Part shown: positions 29,548-45,616 of the stretch, in pieces
Layout of the letters: each line of letters starts with the position of its first letter
Position numbering within the stretch: position 1 is the stretch's first letter
Source of the DNA: Eledone cirrhosa
Taxonomy: Eukaryota
Direction of reading: 5' to 3'
Assembly: GCA_964016885.1 (NCBI GenBank)
Contig: OZ024740.1
Coordinates: 185,256,001-185,320,000, forward strand
DNA: 64,000 nucleotides
The notes under the pieces: generated by a model
Databases searched by the model: none
The model's input: only the letters and a program-made list of their open reading frames with translations
What the model was told of the DNA's origin: nothing
Made by a program: the position numbers and the translations under genes

Positions 29548-30998
29548 GAATATCCATATAACAGAGAGAGTGAGAGAGATTCTGTGTTTAAATTCTTCCT
29601 GACAATTCAATTTGACTCCGAGATTGTTAAAGGGGTACGTTACATTCCAAGCCATTTGTGACTTCTCATTTAGACAAGGATTATAGTTGCAGTGTATTTC
29701 TTTTTAATTTTAGCTACCTGGTAAAGATTTGGGTAACGTCGTAAATTTAATTATAATACTAAGGATAACACTTTAAATAAACAAGATTTAAAAAATATGG
29801 CTATATTTATCTTAAAGTTATTCGTATTTTGTTAACAGGAAGGCATAAGAATATAATAAATTATGTCAGCTTTTACGCCACTCTTCTGAGAGCAACGAAC
29901 ATAGCTAGATTTTCGAGGTTAAAAAATCATATAGAAGTTTGGGTAGGTAGGTGAGTTCTGAATTTGTAATAATGGCCGAAATTGGACACTCACATAAAAG
30001 TGGTTTCGACCAAAAAAAATACAGCAGCAAGTGCAATATTTTAAATAGCCGATATTCAAAAAATCTCACTATGATTCACACATTTGACAACATGAATTTA
30101 TTCTTTGATACACTTTTTTTTTCAGAGTATATAGAAATGATTTATTTGGAGTTATTTACATCACACAACATACACATACGCAAACACTCACATAACATAG
30201 AAGTTCTAAACAAAGTATACGGAATTTTCTTCTTTAAAGCTTTTGGAATATTACTCATGGTTCAATAACGGTAACACACCACAGTAGAATATGATACAGC
30301 ATAAGCAGTTGCAGAATGCTATCAAGTTGAAATGTTTGCTCACTTTCTATTCTTATTCGTCAGAAAAAAAATGATAGAAACGTTTCACGATTCGATTCAA
30401 AGAAAGATATACTTACTTAAGATTAGATTCTGCACAGCATATTTTTACAATATATTTTATTTATCTGTTTATATATGTGTATTCATTTATTTAATTATTT
30501 ATTTATTTCCTATTCTCGATTGATTTATTTAACAGTGTTTTCCAATATTATTGAAACTTACGTCGTTATTATTACATCTGTTGACGTTTTCTATGTCTCC
30601 TGTTTGTTGTGTAACATCTGAACGTGGGATTAATTTATCATCTTGCAGTGAAGAATGCGATCTTTCAAATTTTCATAAAATATAACGAGAAAACTGACGT
30701 AAGCAACACGCTTAGTAAATTTTGTCTGTATACACAGACATACCCCCCCCCCCACATACATATATATGTATATGCAGTCTATGTCTCTCTTTCTCACACA
30801 CAGAAATGAAGTAGTATTTCATGATCTCTTCTTATCTATTCATTTCTTCGCTCATTATTTATTGCTATGTGCTTTCACAGAGTTAGTTATTTTTAGGAAG
30901 CAAACAGGTCTCCGTAAATATTTGTATATAAACATGTAAGAAGATGGTATGTCCGGAATGACTATGGCTGGAATCATATTGAGCAAACATTTCTCTCT

Positions 30999-31047
<49 letters not shown>

Positions 31048-31147
31048 AAAATGGGTTTGAAAAGTGCAATGACTGAATATTTGGTTATTTAGAAGGTTTC
31101 TGTATTCATGTGCCAAGTATTTCAATGATTATTTACATATTTGTATT

Positions 31148-31193
31148 TACATTTACCGGTTTCAGCTGTTATTACAGCCTTTTCAAAGATATT
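31148..31193 (-). ncRNA. Degenerate hammerhead-like motif (UUGAAAA core)
   Basis: UUGAAAA-GGCUGU(AAUA)ACAGCU-GAAA-CCGG-UA. Stem II and the palindromic stem III are good, stem I is poor. Confidence 0.4.
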
Positions 31194-31523
31194 TTCGTTA
31201 GTCCTACGATTTTCTTTCACGATTATCTCACGTGATTGGTCGCTTGTATAATTGTCGAAAACAAGGGTCGCAACTGGTTTTATATTTGACGCTTATAGCG
31301 AGGAGAATATAGCACGTTATAATACACCATAAAATACAGGTGTTAAAAAAAAAAAAATGGAATTTTAGTTGGTTTCGGCTGGAACTTATGTATGAAAAGA
31401 CTTTCCGTATTAACACGTCCTGCCCGAGTGAAATTTTCACTAAACTGGTAGAATAGGAAGTCAGAAATTTGGCAGTAGGTGCCTTCCAGATCACTCTATA
31501 TGTTGACATAGAGGGACATTTCT

Positions 31524-31554
<31 letters not shown>

Positions 31555-32229
31555 GGATATATATATTTGAATATATATATATATATATTTGGATATATAT
31601 ATTTGATTAATTGACTATTTCTAATTAACTTAAGGATTTGAAAATAAACCGTCATATAACTACACCCAGATATATCTTTGATGATGTGATTAATTGACTA
31701 ATTCTAATTAATTTAAGGATTCGAAAATAATCATTCACCAAGCTATGCCCAAATATATGTTTATATATATATTTTTACCTCATCTAATTATACGTTGTTT
31801 ATCCATTACAATATAAGTCTCCCTCCCTGTGTATACTATTAAACTTATTTTTTCTCCTCTTCTCTCTATCCTTAATCACTTTACTTTTGCTTTCGTGCAT
31901 ATGATAATTCTATATTTCTAATCACTCCCTCTTTCCTCATCTGTTTCTCTCTTCGACTTTCACTTCCTTTATCTTCAATAATGTGTTATCCATATATTAC
32001 TTTATTTAAATTATTTAAATTTTTAACAGTTATGTAGGTTTATATTATATTAGAGGTTATTTATTATTATGTATTTTTATAAGCATTCTCACACGGACCC
32101 TCTGTATTATATGTAATTTTTTCATGTCTCAATCTTAAGGTATATAAATATTGAGTTTTGTCATGACTAATTCACTACCATGACTGAGTTTTATACATCA
32201 ACATAGTCAAGGGATGTCAAGCATCAATT

Positions 32230-32296
32230 TATTTTATCTAATGAGGACGTACTGTTGAAATAGCTCAGTACTTCTGAAATATATATAATAATATAA
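32230..32296 (+). ncRNA. Degenerate hammerhead-like motif (CUAAUGA core)
   Basis: UAUUUUAU-CUAAUGA-GGA.GUACUG..CAGUAC.UUCU-GAAA-UAUAUA-UA-AUAAUAUA; G5 mutated. Confidence 0.5.
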
Positions 32297-32360
32297 AATA
32301 TACTTGATCACATGAATGTCTATATATGTTAATATTTTGAATTAATATATATATATATAT

Positions 32361-32520
32361 ACAAGATATTTAGCTCGGAGCTGAACATCCGCTGAAGGTG
32401 AAACAATTGTTCTCGGTATGGTGAACTAGCTGTTGTGTTACCACTTCTACCTAACTCGTACCATGGACTGAGTGCTCTACCACTATGGATATTACCTTCC
32501 TGTATTCTACCTCTCTACCT
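32361..32520 (+). mobile_element. Solo fragment, family G, with decayed hammerhead (32376-32416)
   Basis: GAG-CUGAACA-UCC..GGU-GAAA-CAAUUG-UU-CUC followed by an ACUC..GAGU hairpin at 32454-32473; TA/CT flanks. Confidence 0.55.
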
Positions 32521-32544
32521 CTCTCTCTCTATATATATACATAC

Positions 32545-32585
<41 letters not shown>

Positions 32586-32681
32586 TTTATATATATATAT
32601 ATACATATATTTATATATATATATATTTATATCTTTATATAAACATATATTTATAGTTATATATATATATATATACATATA

Positions 32682-32779
<98 letters not shown>

Positions 32780-32801
32780 TTTATATATATATATATACAT
32801 A

Positions 32802-32843
<42 letters not shown>

Positions 32844-32870
32844 TTTATATATATATATATATATATATAC

Positions 32871-32901
<31 letters not shown>

Positions 32902-32909
32902 CTAATATT

Positions 32910-33011
<102 letters not shown>

Positions 33012-33022
33012 TATATATATAC

Positions 33023-33101
<79 letters not shown>

Positions 33102-33201
33102 TATATATACATATATTTATATATAAATATACATATATTTATATATATATATATATATATACATATATTTATAGTTATATATATATATATATATATATCT
33201 T

Positions 33202-33237
<36 letters not shown>

Positions 33238-33312
33238 TATAGTTTTATATATATATATATATACATATTTTATATATATATTTATAGTTATATATATATA
33301 TATATATATCTT

Positions 33313-33350
<38 letters not shown>

Positions 33351-33354
33351 TATA

Positions 33355-33415
<61 letters not shown>

Positions 33416-33422
33416 AGTATAG

Positions 33423-33463
<41 letters not shown>

Positions 33464-33768
33464 TATAGTTATATATATATTTATATATATACATATATTT
33501 ATATATATACATATATTTATATATATATACATATATATATACATATATTTATATATATATATACATATATATATATACATATATTTATAAATATATATAT
33601 ATATTTATATATATATACATATATATATATACATATATTTATATATATATACATATATTTATATATATTTATATACATATTTTTATATAAATATATATGT
33701 ATATACATATATTTATATAAATATATATATACATATATATATATATGTATATACATATATTTATATAA

Positions 33769-33831
<63 letters not shown>

Positions 33832-33833
<2 letters not shown>

Positions 33834-34281
33834 GAATAGAATGAAACGAAATTTCATTTCTTACTCTTAGAACGGCACTTACTTAAATGTAAGTATGTAT
33901 GTATGCGTACATACATATATGTATACAGACGTACTGTAGTATGTATATATATACATACATGCACATATATATATATATGCACGTATCGGTTTACCGAACA
34001 TTTATTATAATGCTCGGTTTGTTTGTTTGTAAACAAACAAACAGCCCGAACTACGCCGTACAGTGTTTAGGCAACCATGTCACCTTTTTGTTCAACACTG
34101 AAAGAGGAACGATGTACTAGTTTCAAGCTTATTAGCTATCGTCAGCATCGTATACCTTCCTGCCAGATGGTTGAACGTCTGAAAGTATATATTTCCTGAT
34201 GCATATTAACGGCTGAGCAGCCTAATTTGCATAACGAGTTTCATTCTATTCCATTTATCGTTTTTGGTGTGCCCGGCCGAC
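33832..34281 (-). mobile_element. Retrozyme-like element, family R2 (one monomer plus short inverted end from ~34237)
   Basis: Homologous to the 37115-38144 monomers; octamer, hammerhead and gaaatgaaatttcgtttc hairpin; TA flanks. Confidence 0.8.
34109..34151 (-). ncRNA. Minimal type I hammerhead (R2)
   Basis: ACGAUG-CUGACGA-U-AGCU(AAUA)AGCU-U-GAAA-CUAG-UA-CAUCGU. Confidence 0.88.
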
Positions 34282-34331
34282 ATATTTATATATAAATATA
34301 TATATATATATGTACATATATACACATGTAC

Positions 34332-34402
<71 letters not shown>

Positions 34403-34453
34403 CATATTTATATATAAATATATCTATATATATGTACATATATATACATGTAC

Positions 34454-34518
<65 letters not shown>

Positions 34519-35052
34519 CATATTTATATATAAGTATATATATATATGTACATATATATACATATACATGTGTATATATATATATATTTATATATATCTA
34601 TCTATATATACATATTTATATATAAGTATATATATATATGTACATATATATACATATACATGTGTATATATATATATATTTATATATATCTATCTATATA
34701 TACATATTTATATATAAACATATATATATATATATGTACACATATATACATGTACATGTATATAGATATATTTATATATATATATATCTATATATACATA
34801 TTCATATATAAACATATATATATATATATATGTGTACATATATATACATGTACATGTATATATATATATATTTATATATATATATCTATATATATAAATT
34901 TATATATAAACATATATATATATATATATGTACATATATATACATGTACTTGTGTATATATATATATTTATATATATATATATATCTATATATACATATT
35001 TATATATAATCATATATATATATATATGTACATATATATACATGTACATGTA

Positions 35053-35084
<32 letters not shown>

Positions 35085-35143
35085 CATATATATATACGAA
35101 TATATATATATATACATATATATACATGTATATATACATACGA

Positions 35144-35219
<76 letters not shown>

Positions 35220-37057
35220 GTATATATATATATATATATATAAGAAAGTTTGGAAGAAAACATTGTCAGCATTTAAATGATTTGAACATAACTTTGATAT
35301 TTGTTTAATTTATATTCCTGCTCTAAAAAACAGCCGATGATCTTACATTGATCTATTTCTTTTACTGGTGATAATGTAGTAATAAATTACTAACCTTTCC
35401 TGTTTTTAGTATATGCATGACTATAAATAATATCGATATTATTATTATATATATACTTATAGATATATATATATATATATACATACATACATATATGTAT
35501 ATATGTATACATGTATATATGTGTATGTGTTTCTGTGTGTGTGTATGTGTGCGCGCGCGTGTAAGCATACGCATAGAGAAAGTTTCATGGATTGAGAATA
35601 TGTGTTCATTAATCTCTATTGTCTAGTAATAATTATGAATTAGGAAATATAATAAATATGTTAATTAGATAAAATAAATTATTATCTCCATAAATTTCAA
35701 TGACATTGTGTTTTACTGTTCGCTATTGCAAACTATTTTATAACCTACCAATCCCACATTTACACTCACAAATAAACAATATGCATATTAATAAAAATTG
35801 AATGATGAGAAGAGCATGATTTAATTAATTATAAAATGTTCAAGGAGATCTAATGAGGAATCTATGCATGTCGTCATACTTATCTAAGGCTATATTAAAA
35901 TTCAGCCCTTAACTTCACATGACTCATCTTAAACATTGTGCGGAATGCAATATTTGTGTTTTAATCAATATTTGCTCAGAAATATTTGTATTCCCATAAT
36001 TACTCGGAATTTAAGGAAAAATATTTGTTACCAACATCTACTAAATATCTATGAGTAATGTCTAATTTACCATCCGTTATATCATGCAAACAATGTACTT
36101 ATTATATAATTTATTTTACTCTGTCAAAAGAAATAATAAAGGTTTTGTAATATATATAACAACAACGATATCAATTTACACGATACACAGATTTCTTACG
36201 ACAATACTTTCATTTAATTTGCTTTAAATGTGATACCCAAAAACATGATTAACTGATATTGTATCAAATAATCCTCGAGAGATTTTAAAGCAGGAAAAAT
36301 AACAGAACAGTAAAACACTTTCCAGTTTACCACGGAAGAGTCCTTTAACATTGTGTAGGGAAGTGAAAATAGAAGACATAACTGTTTTTGCTTTCGCTAT
36401 TAGCCACATTCATAATGGAGGCATAATCGGAGACTCGGATTAGATGAACAATTCAGTACCATTATTCATATCACCAACCCATGGGGTGACATAATAGGCT
36501 TCGTTTATTCTTAAGATTAAGCTTCGATTTGAATAGGCCGTCCGTGTTTCCCTAAAAATTGGAAAAAATCCGACTTCATAACAAATTAAGATATCGAACA
36601 AAGATCACACGAAGGACGTATAGTGTATGATATTAAACATGACAACAAGCTCTTCTATAAGTTATAACTTAAAGATGCAAAGAAAAATTGCGTTTGAACT
36701 GGAATGATTATGTCCATTGTTTCTAAAGGAAAACATCGCTCATCTCTGAGTTAAGATTGCATGGCAGTTTCATCTACAAAATGTTTTACACGTCGTTCTG
36801 TCATTATTAGTTACCGGATATTAAACAAAAGTAAATAAAATATGGCTTTGTTATTTTATATCCCATTTCCAGATGACTTGTTTAATCAGATTTTAAGCTT
36901 TAAATCTATACTCAGGTTAGTCTACGTGTATATCTATCATTTATCAGCATAAAAAAGACGCATAATTAACCGTTTGGTATTTCGTGTACAATTATCCAAG
37001 CCCAGTGCGAAAGCTATTCATCCTTCAACCTTTCTCTCTCTCTCTCTCGGTCTCCCC

Positions 37058-37106
<49 letters not shown>

Positions 37107-37323
37107 TTATATATATATAAGTACGTACACGTACATACATATATGTATACAGACGTACAGTAGTATGTATATTTAATATACATACATGCACACATATATA
37201 TATGTACGTATGGATTCACCGTACATTTATTATAATGCTCGGTGTGTTTGTAAACACACATCCCGTATTAAGCCGTAGTGTCTAGCAACCATCGTTGCTC
37301 GTTTGTTCAACACTGACAAAGGA

Positions 37324-37366
37324 ACGCTGTACTAGTTTCAAGCTTATTAGCTATCGTTAGCAACGT
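37324..37366 (-). ncRNA. R2 hammerhead, core mutated (CUAACGA)
   Basis: Same fold as 37748-37790 with G5 changed to A. Confidence 0.7.
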
Positions 37367-37747
37367 ATACCTTCCTGCCAGATTGTTGAACGTACATACT
37401 AACATTATGCATATTAACGGCTGAGTAGCCCAATTTGCATATCGAGTGGGTTAATCGCCCGGGTGCACCGAAAACGATAAATGGAAAAAAATGAAACGAA
37501 ATTTCATTTCCCACTCTTAGTACGGCTGTTACTTAAATATAAGTATGTACACTACATACATATATGTATATAGACGTACAGTAGTATGTCTATTTATATA
37601 CATACATGCGCATATATATATATATATGTACGTATGGATTCACCGTACATTTATTATAATGCTCGGTGTGTTTGTAAACAAACATCCCGTATTAAGCCGT
37701 AGTGTCTAGCAACCATCGTTGCTCGTTTGTTCAACACTGACAAAGGA

Positions 37748-37790
37748 ACGCTGTACTAGTTTCAAGCTTATTAGCTATCGTCAGCAACGT
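37748..37790 (-). ncRNA. R2 hammerhead, intact core
   Basis: ACGUUG-CUGACGA-U-AGCU(AAUA)AGCU-U-GAAA-CUAG-UA-CAGCGU. Confidence 0.88.
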
Positions 37791-37954
37791 ATACCTTCCT
37801 GCCAGATTTTTGAACGTATATACTTACGTTATGCATATTAACGGCTGAGTAGCCCAATTTGCATATCGAGTGACTTAAACGGCGGGGTGCACCGAAAACG
37901 ATAAACGGAAAAAAACACACCGAGCATTATAATAAAAGTACGGTGAATCCATAC

Positions 37955-38015
<61 letters not shown>

Positions 38016-39908
38016 CATGTATGTATATATATACATACTACTGTACGTCTGTATACATATATGTATGTACGTGTACATACTTATATTTAAGTAACAGCCG
38101 TACTAAGAGTGGGAAATGAAATTTCGTTTCATTTTTTCCGTTTATATATATATAGTAATAATAAATGTGAAGACTAAAATCCGAAGAGGGCTCGATAAGG
38201 GTGAAAGCAGCGATTATTTGTATAAACTTTAATCTGTTCTTATAATATATATAAGCTTAATTTCTTATTAGCCGACTAAGATACAATTTTGTTATAAACT
38301 TGGCACACACCTCTTCATATCTATATACCACTAATAGATTTCAGTTCCTTGCAAAATATATTTAATCAAATGTTATTCATCCATAATATATATTTGGTGC
38401 TTGCCTGTTTTCTTTTTTCAAACAACTTTTATTATTTATAATTAACATCATATGTTCAAATTGAATAGCTTTCTACATGCATACACACACAGGCCGGCAC
38501 ATTGATGAGACATGCATTTCAAACATTTATTTAATTAAAGAAGAGAAAATATTTACAAATCATTAGTACATTTCTCCCGCTATGCCATCTATATTCAGAA
38601 AATTAGCATGTGGGTATACATAGGTGCTTTTCCAGGGGAGCTGATTCAGCTGTCTAGATCTTGGCTCATCTACTAAATGTTTTCCACACCACTATTTACA
38701 CTATTATTATCAAACTTTATCCTCTATCTAGAAATATTTAAGATTTATTTATTTAAGGTTTATTTATGATATTCTAGAAGAATCTAGAAAAACGAAAGAA
38801 AATATAATGATTTGGCAGATAAGATGAAATTTATTTCATCTACGTTTAGCTTTGCTATTCATTGTAGATTTGACAATATAGCAATGGTATTGTATTATCT
38901 TCATTGCAGGATTGGCTTAGACATTCGATATGCCTCGTAATATACACATATATGAATAAACGTTATTCTGTTGACAGAAGTAAATTCATTAAAATTAATT
39001 TATATCGTACTTTTAAAGGTTGAATGTAAATGAAATATTTAAAGAAATCCTTTATCAAAATATTGAAAATGTGATGTTTTGGTGTTCGTTCTGGTAATTG
39101 TCATACTTGTAACTTATTTCGATTAAATAGTATGTGCGCGAACTACTCTCGAAAAACGTTTTTAAAGCCTTATTTTCAAAAGGAAAGCCGGTGCAAAAAC
39201 AATGAAAAATGTTTATTTATAACGCTTTTGAGGTTTATAGGACTGAAATAATGTTTTTTTTTTTTTTTTTTTTTTTTTTGAATGCTTTACGGTGAAATAA
39301 AGAAGTACTACAAATTCAGGTTATGACTACAACTATTTATATATAGATCTAAGTATTATCTTTATGGGATATTGCAGAGCAATAAGGCCAAATAATGGCT
39401 TTAAACTGACCAGCATTCGATTAACTGGCATCTGCCACTTGACCTATTTGTTTGCGGGAAGTTTGATGTGATTGGCGTTGATAGTAAAATATCACCTTCT
39501 CATCTCTACCAAAGAAATCGAAAGATGTCGGATGACATAAATGCATCGAAGTGTGTTTAATGGGATTTTTGTGCCAACGTTTAAGAGTGGAAGCAATTAT
39601 AACAGTTTAAAAGGGGAAACAAAAACATACGCTAACATTATTCGTGATAGAGAAATTGTAAATTATCGGCGAGAGATGGATTCCTGATAAAGAAAATTGT
39701 CTCCTAAATTTAAGATAGACGAGCTGTTTCCAGGTATAACACAGGCATATGAAATATATCAGAGAAAGAATTAGATAATTAGAATGACAATCAGACTGAT
39801 AAAGAGACACGCCGATCCATAAATAGATAAAGGTATGAATAGTTTGTTGGTTAGAAACGTGGGAAGTGAACATAATGCTTTGATAGGCTCTGATTTAACT
39901 AATTTTAA

Positions 39909-40490
39909 GTAATAATTGTTTCTACTTTAGGCCCAAGGCCAGCAATTACCCAGTGCATTACTTGTACTTTATTTTATCGACTCCGTAAAGATGAAAGGCA
40001 AAGCTAACCTCGACGGGATTTGAACTCAGACCGTAAAGGGACGTAACTATGCTGGAAAGCATGGCGTCCGACCCTCTACCGATACTACCAATTTACCGTT
40101 TATAATAATTGTTTCTACTTTTGGCACAAGGCCACCAGTTATCCCAGAGCATTACTGGTACTTTATTTTATCGACCCCGTAAGAATGAAAGGCAAAGTTA
40201 ACCTCGGCGGGATTTGAACCCATAACGTAAAGGGCCATAACTCTATACTATAAAGCATGGTGTCTGACGCTCTACCGATACTGCCAATTCACCGTTTATA
40301 ATAATTGTTTCTGCTTTTGGCACAAGGCCAGCAATTATCCAGTGCATTACTGGTACTTTATTTTATAGACCCCGTAAGGATGAAAGGCAAAGTTAACCTC
40401 GGCGGGATTTGAACTCAGAATGGCAAGGGCCATAACTCTATGCGTCAAAGCATGGCATCAGACCCTCTACCGATACTGCCAATCCACAAT
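39909..40490 (-). mobile_element. Three head-to-tail tRNA-derived SINE copies (~195 bp each)
   Basis: Each has A-box tggcagtatcgg, B-box gagttcaaatcc, central gcctttcatccttacggggtcgataaaataaagtacc (resembles the Deu/Nin SINE domain) and tail tagaaacaattatta. Confidence 0.87.
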
Positions 40491-40779
40491 TTTAGTACAA
40501 AAATAGTCTGTTGTTTGTTTTGAGAGGAAGGGCGCGAAAACCACACTTTTCGCCTACATCCCCCATAACAGGAGGTAGGGAGAGAATACTATGTTGATCA
40601 CACTAATATCTTCTGATGCAGATGAGGTGCATCTAGGAGCGATAACTATCTCCTCAAAGGCTAATGTCACCAAAGAAATTAGAACTCAAATGTGGCAAGG
40701 CATCTGGGGAGGATAGAATTCGACCCAAATTGTTAAACGCTTTAGTAAAATATTCTTTAAACTCGTTCTCTGGGAGGGC

Positions 40780-41187
40780 ACGTAAACAATAAAAATCAGG
40801 AGTGATAATCGAAATTAAATCAATTAAATCTTCTCCAGTGCATTACTGTTGTATTTCTTTTATTGACCCCGTAAGGATGAATATCAAAATTAACCTCGGA
40901 GGGATGTGAATGCAAAACGTAAAGGGCTGTAACTCTATGGTGCAAAGTACATTGTCGGGCACTCTATACATACTGCCAATTCATCGCCCTAATAATAATA
41001 ATTGTTTCTGATTTAGTAGACAAAAGGCCAACAATGTGAGGTGAAGGAAAATCGATAAATTTGGCCCTAGTTCGTTACTGGTATTTTATATTATCGACCC
41101 AGTAATGATAAAAGGCAAAGATAACCTTGGTAGGATTTGAACTCAGCATGCTGTCCGACGCCCTACCGATACTGCGAATCTACCACT
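40780..41187 (-). mobile_element. Two further, more diverged copies of the same SINE
   Basis: Shared blocks taacctcgg..ggatttgaactcag, ctaccgatactgc, aattgtttct. Confidence 0.75.
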
Positions 41188-43492
41188 TTCCTCCTCCTCC
41201 ACCTAATAATAATAATAATAATAATAATAATGATAATAATAATAATAATAAAATAGTTTTCTGAAAAGAAAAGTGAAAAATAGAGACTAATTATATTTTC
41301 TCTTGATCCCTTCTGATAGTGTAGAGTGGATTGGACGTTCTATTGTTGTATGATGAAATTAATTTATGTATTTCTTTGACAATTGATTTGATCTGAAACA
41401 TCAATTCAAACACTCTTGTTAAAGATATAAACGGAAATAAAGCTGATTTTCTTTCGAGGAATTAGTTAAAATTTAATTAAGTATTTCCACATTTGAAGCA
41501 CATATTACCTTGTTTGCCAGGAACTATCATAATTAGAAAATAATTAACAAAAATAATTACAAGACAAAATTATAATATAAAGGTTAGGGAAATATGGAGA
41601 AATGGAAAAAATATAACAACGAAAGTATATATGAATAAAAACCACCAACGCGAAAATAAAAACGATCTCGTATTTCTTCTCTACTAAGGGAGAACTGGAA
41701 AGTTGCTAAATACTGAAGTGGTAGTATTGTTAATGTAATTAGGTCAACCTTTTATTATTTTATTTTAGGTCACGCAAAGCAATTAAAAAGGGAAGAAACT
41801 ACTACAAAGGAAAATGATATTTACTCTTTTATATAGAAGAACGATTAGATCATAACGCAATTGAAGAAAGTCTAAAAAAAAGAATGATTGGTATACTCTC
41901 ATTTAAATAGCATGCATAAAGAAAGTGGTCTTGCAAAATTTACAATGTAATTAGTAAGCTTTTAGAGAACTATTTAAAAATCCATTATATGCTCATACGT
42001 TACAACTGTATTTTATAGTGCGGGCATTACGTATTATCTATATGAAGAAAGGGAGTACATACTGCACTCTGAGAAAAGTACATATCACTGTGCGTCTTTT
42101 TGACCCTTTTATTATATTATAGTTTGCTAATGAAAGAAACCAGATTGAATTGAACACTATAATCTATTATCTGAAGGAAATGTGTCAGGGAAAATATGTC
42201 TTTGTTTTGTAAATAAATTGTTATGTAAGTCTTTCTATGATTCACTAAAAACATTATTTAATAATCTGTGGATCAGTGATACACATATATTCCTCTTGAC
42301 TGATCACTAGATCATCATCAGGTGAATTGTTTCACGTTGCCTGGAGCATATTCACAGAAACTCCGAGGATTGAGGTACAGTGACTCTTAATGTTCTGGAC
42401 AAAAACGAAACGAACTGATATTTGCTGATAATGCAATACTTTGACTAGCTTATGTTTTAGCTTCGAGTGCAGAAGGTAATGATTATTCATATTGTCTATA
42501 CGCCCTCGTACGATAGTGCACCTAGATTTAGATAGTGTAGTTTACATTCCCAGTAACTACGTATCATTCTTTCATGATATATAATAGAATGCAGTCTTAG
42601 CTAATGTGGAATTTAATGACGTACGTATTATTATAATGTATATTTCGTCTGTAATAGTAAATTGGCTAAATATTTGATACTGTTAATTCACTTTTTAGTT
42701 TTAACTCATACATGTTTTGAAATATATTGTTATTGTTAACGATTGAGTAAAGATGAAACTTCAAGGAATACCGAACCACCCCTACATGACTAGATTCAGT
42801 GCCAATTTAAACTGAAATAAGAATGTAGAGGCTGATGTTAAACAGAAAGCAAAATATAGGATTTTATCTCCCTTACTTTGCCAACATTAAACATATCATG
42901 CCATCAATTTATAAGATTGTAATTGTGTTCCAATTAAACATCGTTATCTGAGGATTTCTATGAGGAAACGTTGAAAATTATTGTATGAACTGAAGGCAGA
43001 ATGTTCTAGTCAGGCCTTTAGCTTCCTTCGGGGATGACTATTATTACTTAATGATCATTTATGAAGTACATGAAACGTGCTATCCACTGAAATATTGGGA
43101 TATCACCAAATTCGGCGCTTCTTCGTATATTAGTAATTTGTATTCGGAACTTCGTTCTTCATTTAATCTGCTTTGAATAATGTGCATAACTTTCTTACGT
43201 AGCAAAGTTAATATTGGTTAAGAAGATGCTATGCAAGGTCATTATAGATGTTACATTCATTTTACCTAGTTTTTAATCTACTTGAAAATTAACTTCCTTA
43301 TTTCTAAACCAAATATCATTCTTCATAAATATTATTTATAATCAAGTATACTTAAAGTATCCTCTGATATATGTGAACATCAGAAAATTATGTACGAGAT
43401 AATTATGGTATGTTACAATATACTCACTTTATTTGGCTATACTGCTTCTCCTGTATGCAACATATGATGTTTATATATATATATATGTAAAT

Positions 43493-43646
<154 letters not shown>

Positions 43647-43652
43647 ATATAT

Positions 43653-43686
<34 letters not shown>

Positions 43687-43746
43687 ATATATATATAATA
43701 TATATATATAATATATATATATATAATGTATATATATAATATATAT

Positions 43747-43880
43747 ATAATTGTTTCTACTTTAGGCACAAGGCCAGCAATTATCCAGTACATTACTGGT
43801 ACTTTATTTTATCGACCCTTAAGGATGAAAGGCAAAGTCAACCTCGGCGGGATTTGAACTCAGATCGTAAAGGGACATAA
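43747..43880 (-). mobile_element. 5'-truncated copy of the same SINE inside TA array
   Basis: Matches 39913-40045. Confidence 0.8.
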
Positions 43881-43943
43881 TATATATATATAATGTATAT
43901 AGATAATATATATATATATATTATATATAATGTATATATACTA

Positions 43944-43994
<51 letters not shown>

Positions 43995-44262
43995 TATATA
44001 TAGATATATATATATATACTATATATATATATATATATATATTATACTATATATATACTATATATATATATACTATATATATATATATATATATATATTA
44101 TACTATATATATACTATATATATATATACTATATATATATATATATATATTATACTATATATATATATATATATATATATTATACTATATATATACTATA
44201 TATATATATATACTATATATATATATATATATATATTATACTATATATATACTATATATATA

Positions 44263-44300
<38 letters not shown>

Positions 44301-44369
44301 CTATGTATATACTATATATATATACTATATATATATATATACTATATATATATATACTATATATATATA

Positions 44370-44413
<44 letters not shown>

Positions 44414-44434
44414 TATATATATATATATATATAC

Positions 44435-44481
<47 letters not shown>

Positions 44482-44543
44482 TATATATATATATATATAT
44501 ACTATATATATATATATATATATACTATATATATATATATATA

Positions 44544-44577
<34 letters not shown>

Positions 44578-44885
44578 TATATATATATATATATATATAT
44601 ACTATATATATATATATATACTATATATATATATACTATATATATATATATATACTATATGTATATATATACTATATATATATATATACTATATATATAT
44701 ATATATATATACTATATATATATATATATATACTATATATATATACTATATATATATATATATATACTATATATATATACTATATATATATATATATATA
44801 CTATATATATGTACTATATATATATATATATATATACTATATATATATACTATATATATATATATATATATATACTATATATATA

Positions 44886-45039
<154 letters not shown>

Positions 45040-45090
45040 TATATATATATATATATATATATATACTATATATATATATATATATATATA

Positions 45091-45164
<74 letters not shown>

Positions 45165-45165
45165 C

Positions 45166-45201
<36 letters not shown>

Positions 45202-45266
45202 CTATATATATATAGATATATACTATATATATATATATATATACTATATATATATATATATATATA

Positions 45267-45316
<50 letters not shown>

Positions 45317-45365
45317 TATATATATATATATATATATATACTATATATATATATATATATATATA

Positions 45366-45410
<45 letters not shown>

Positions 45411-45577
45411 CTATATATATATATATATATATATACTATATATATATATATATATACTATATATATATATATATATATATATACTATATATATATATATA
45501 TATATACTATATATATATATATATATACTATATATATATATATATATATATACTATATATATATATATATATATATA

Positions 45578-45612
<35 letters not shown>

Positions 45613-45616
<4 letters not shown>

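Larger units (their letters stand above)
37115..38144 (-). mobile_element. Retrozyme R2 tandem dimer (424-bp period) with inverted 5' arm ~37912-38144
   Basis: Motifs recur at +424 (37324 and 37748; 37433 and 37857); the terminal segment is the reverse complement of ~37477-37678. Confidence 0.85.

Noticed and set aside
38177-38220. CCGAAGA..GAAAGCAGC hammerhead-like string
   Set aside because: Weak stem II and no UH cleavage site.
39909-40490. tRNA gene cluster
   Set aside because: A/B boxes are followed by a SINE body and tail; no acceptor-stem cloverleaf.
42305-42380. Possible plus-strand exon (SSSGELFHVAWSIFTETPRIE); other short ORFs at 6880, 10562, 11144, 28630, 36224
   Set aside because: Weak or missing splice signals, no partner exons and no recognised homology.
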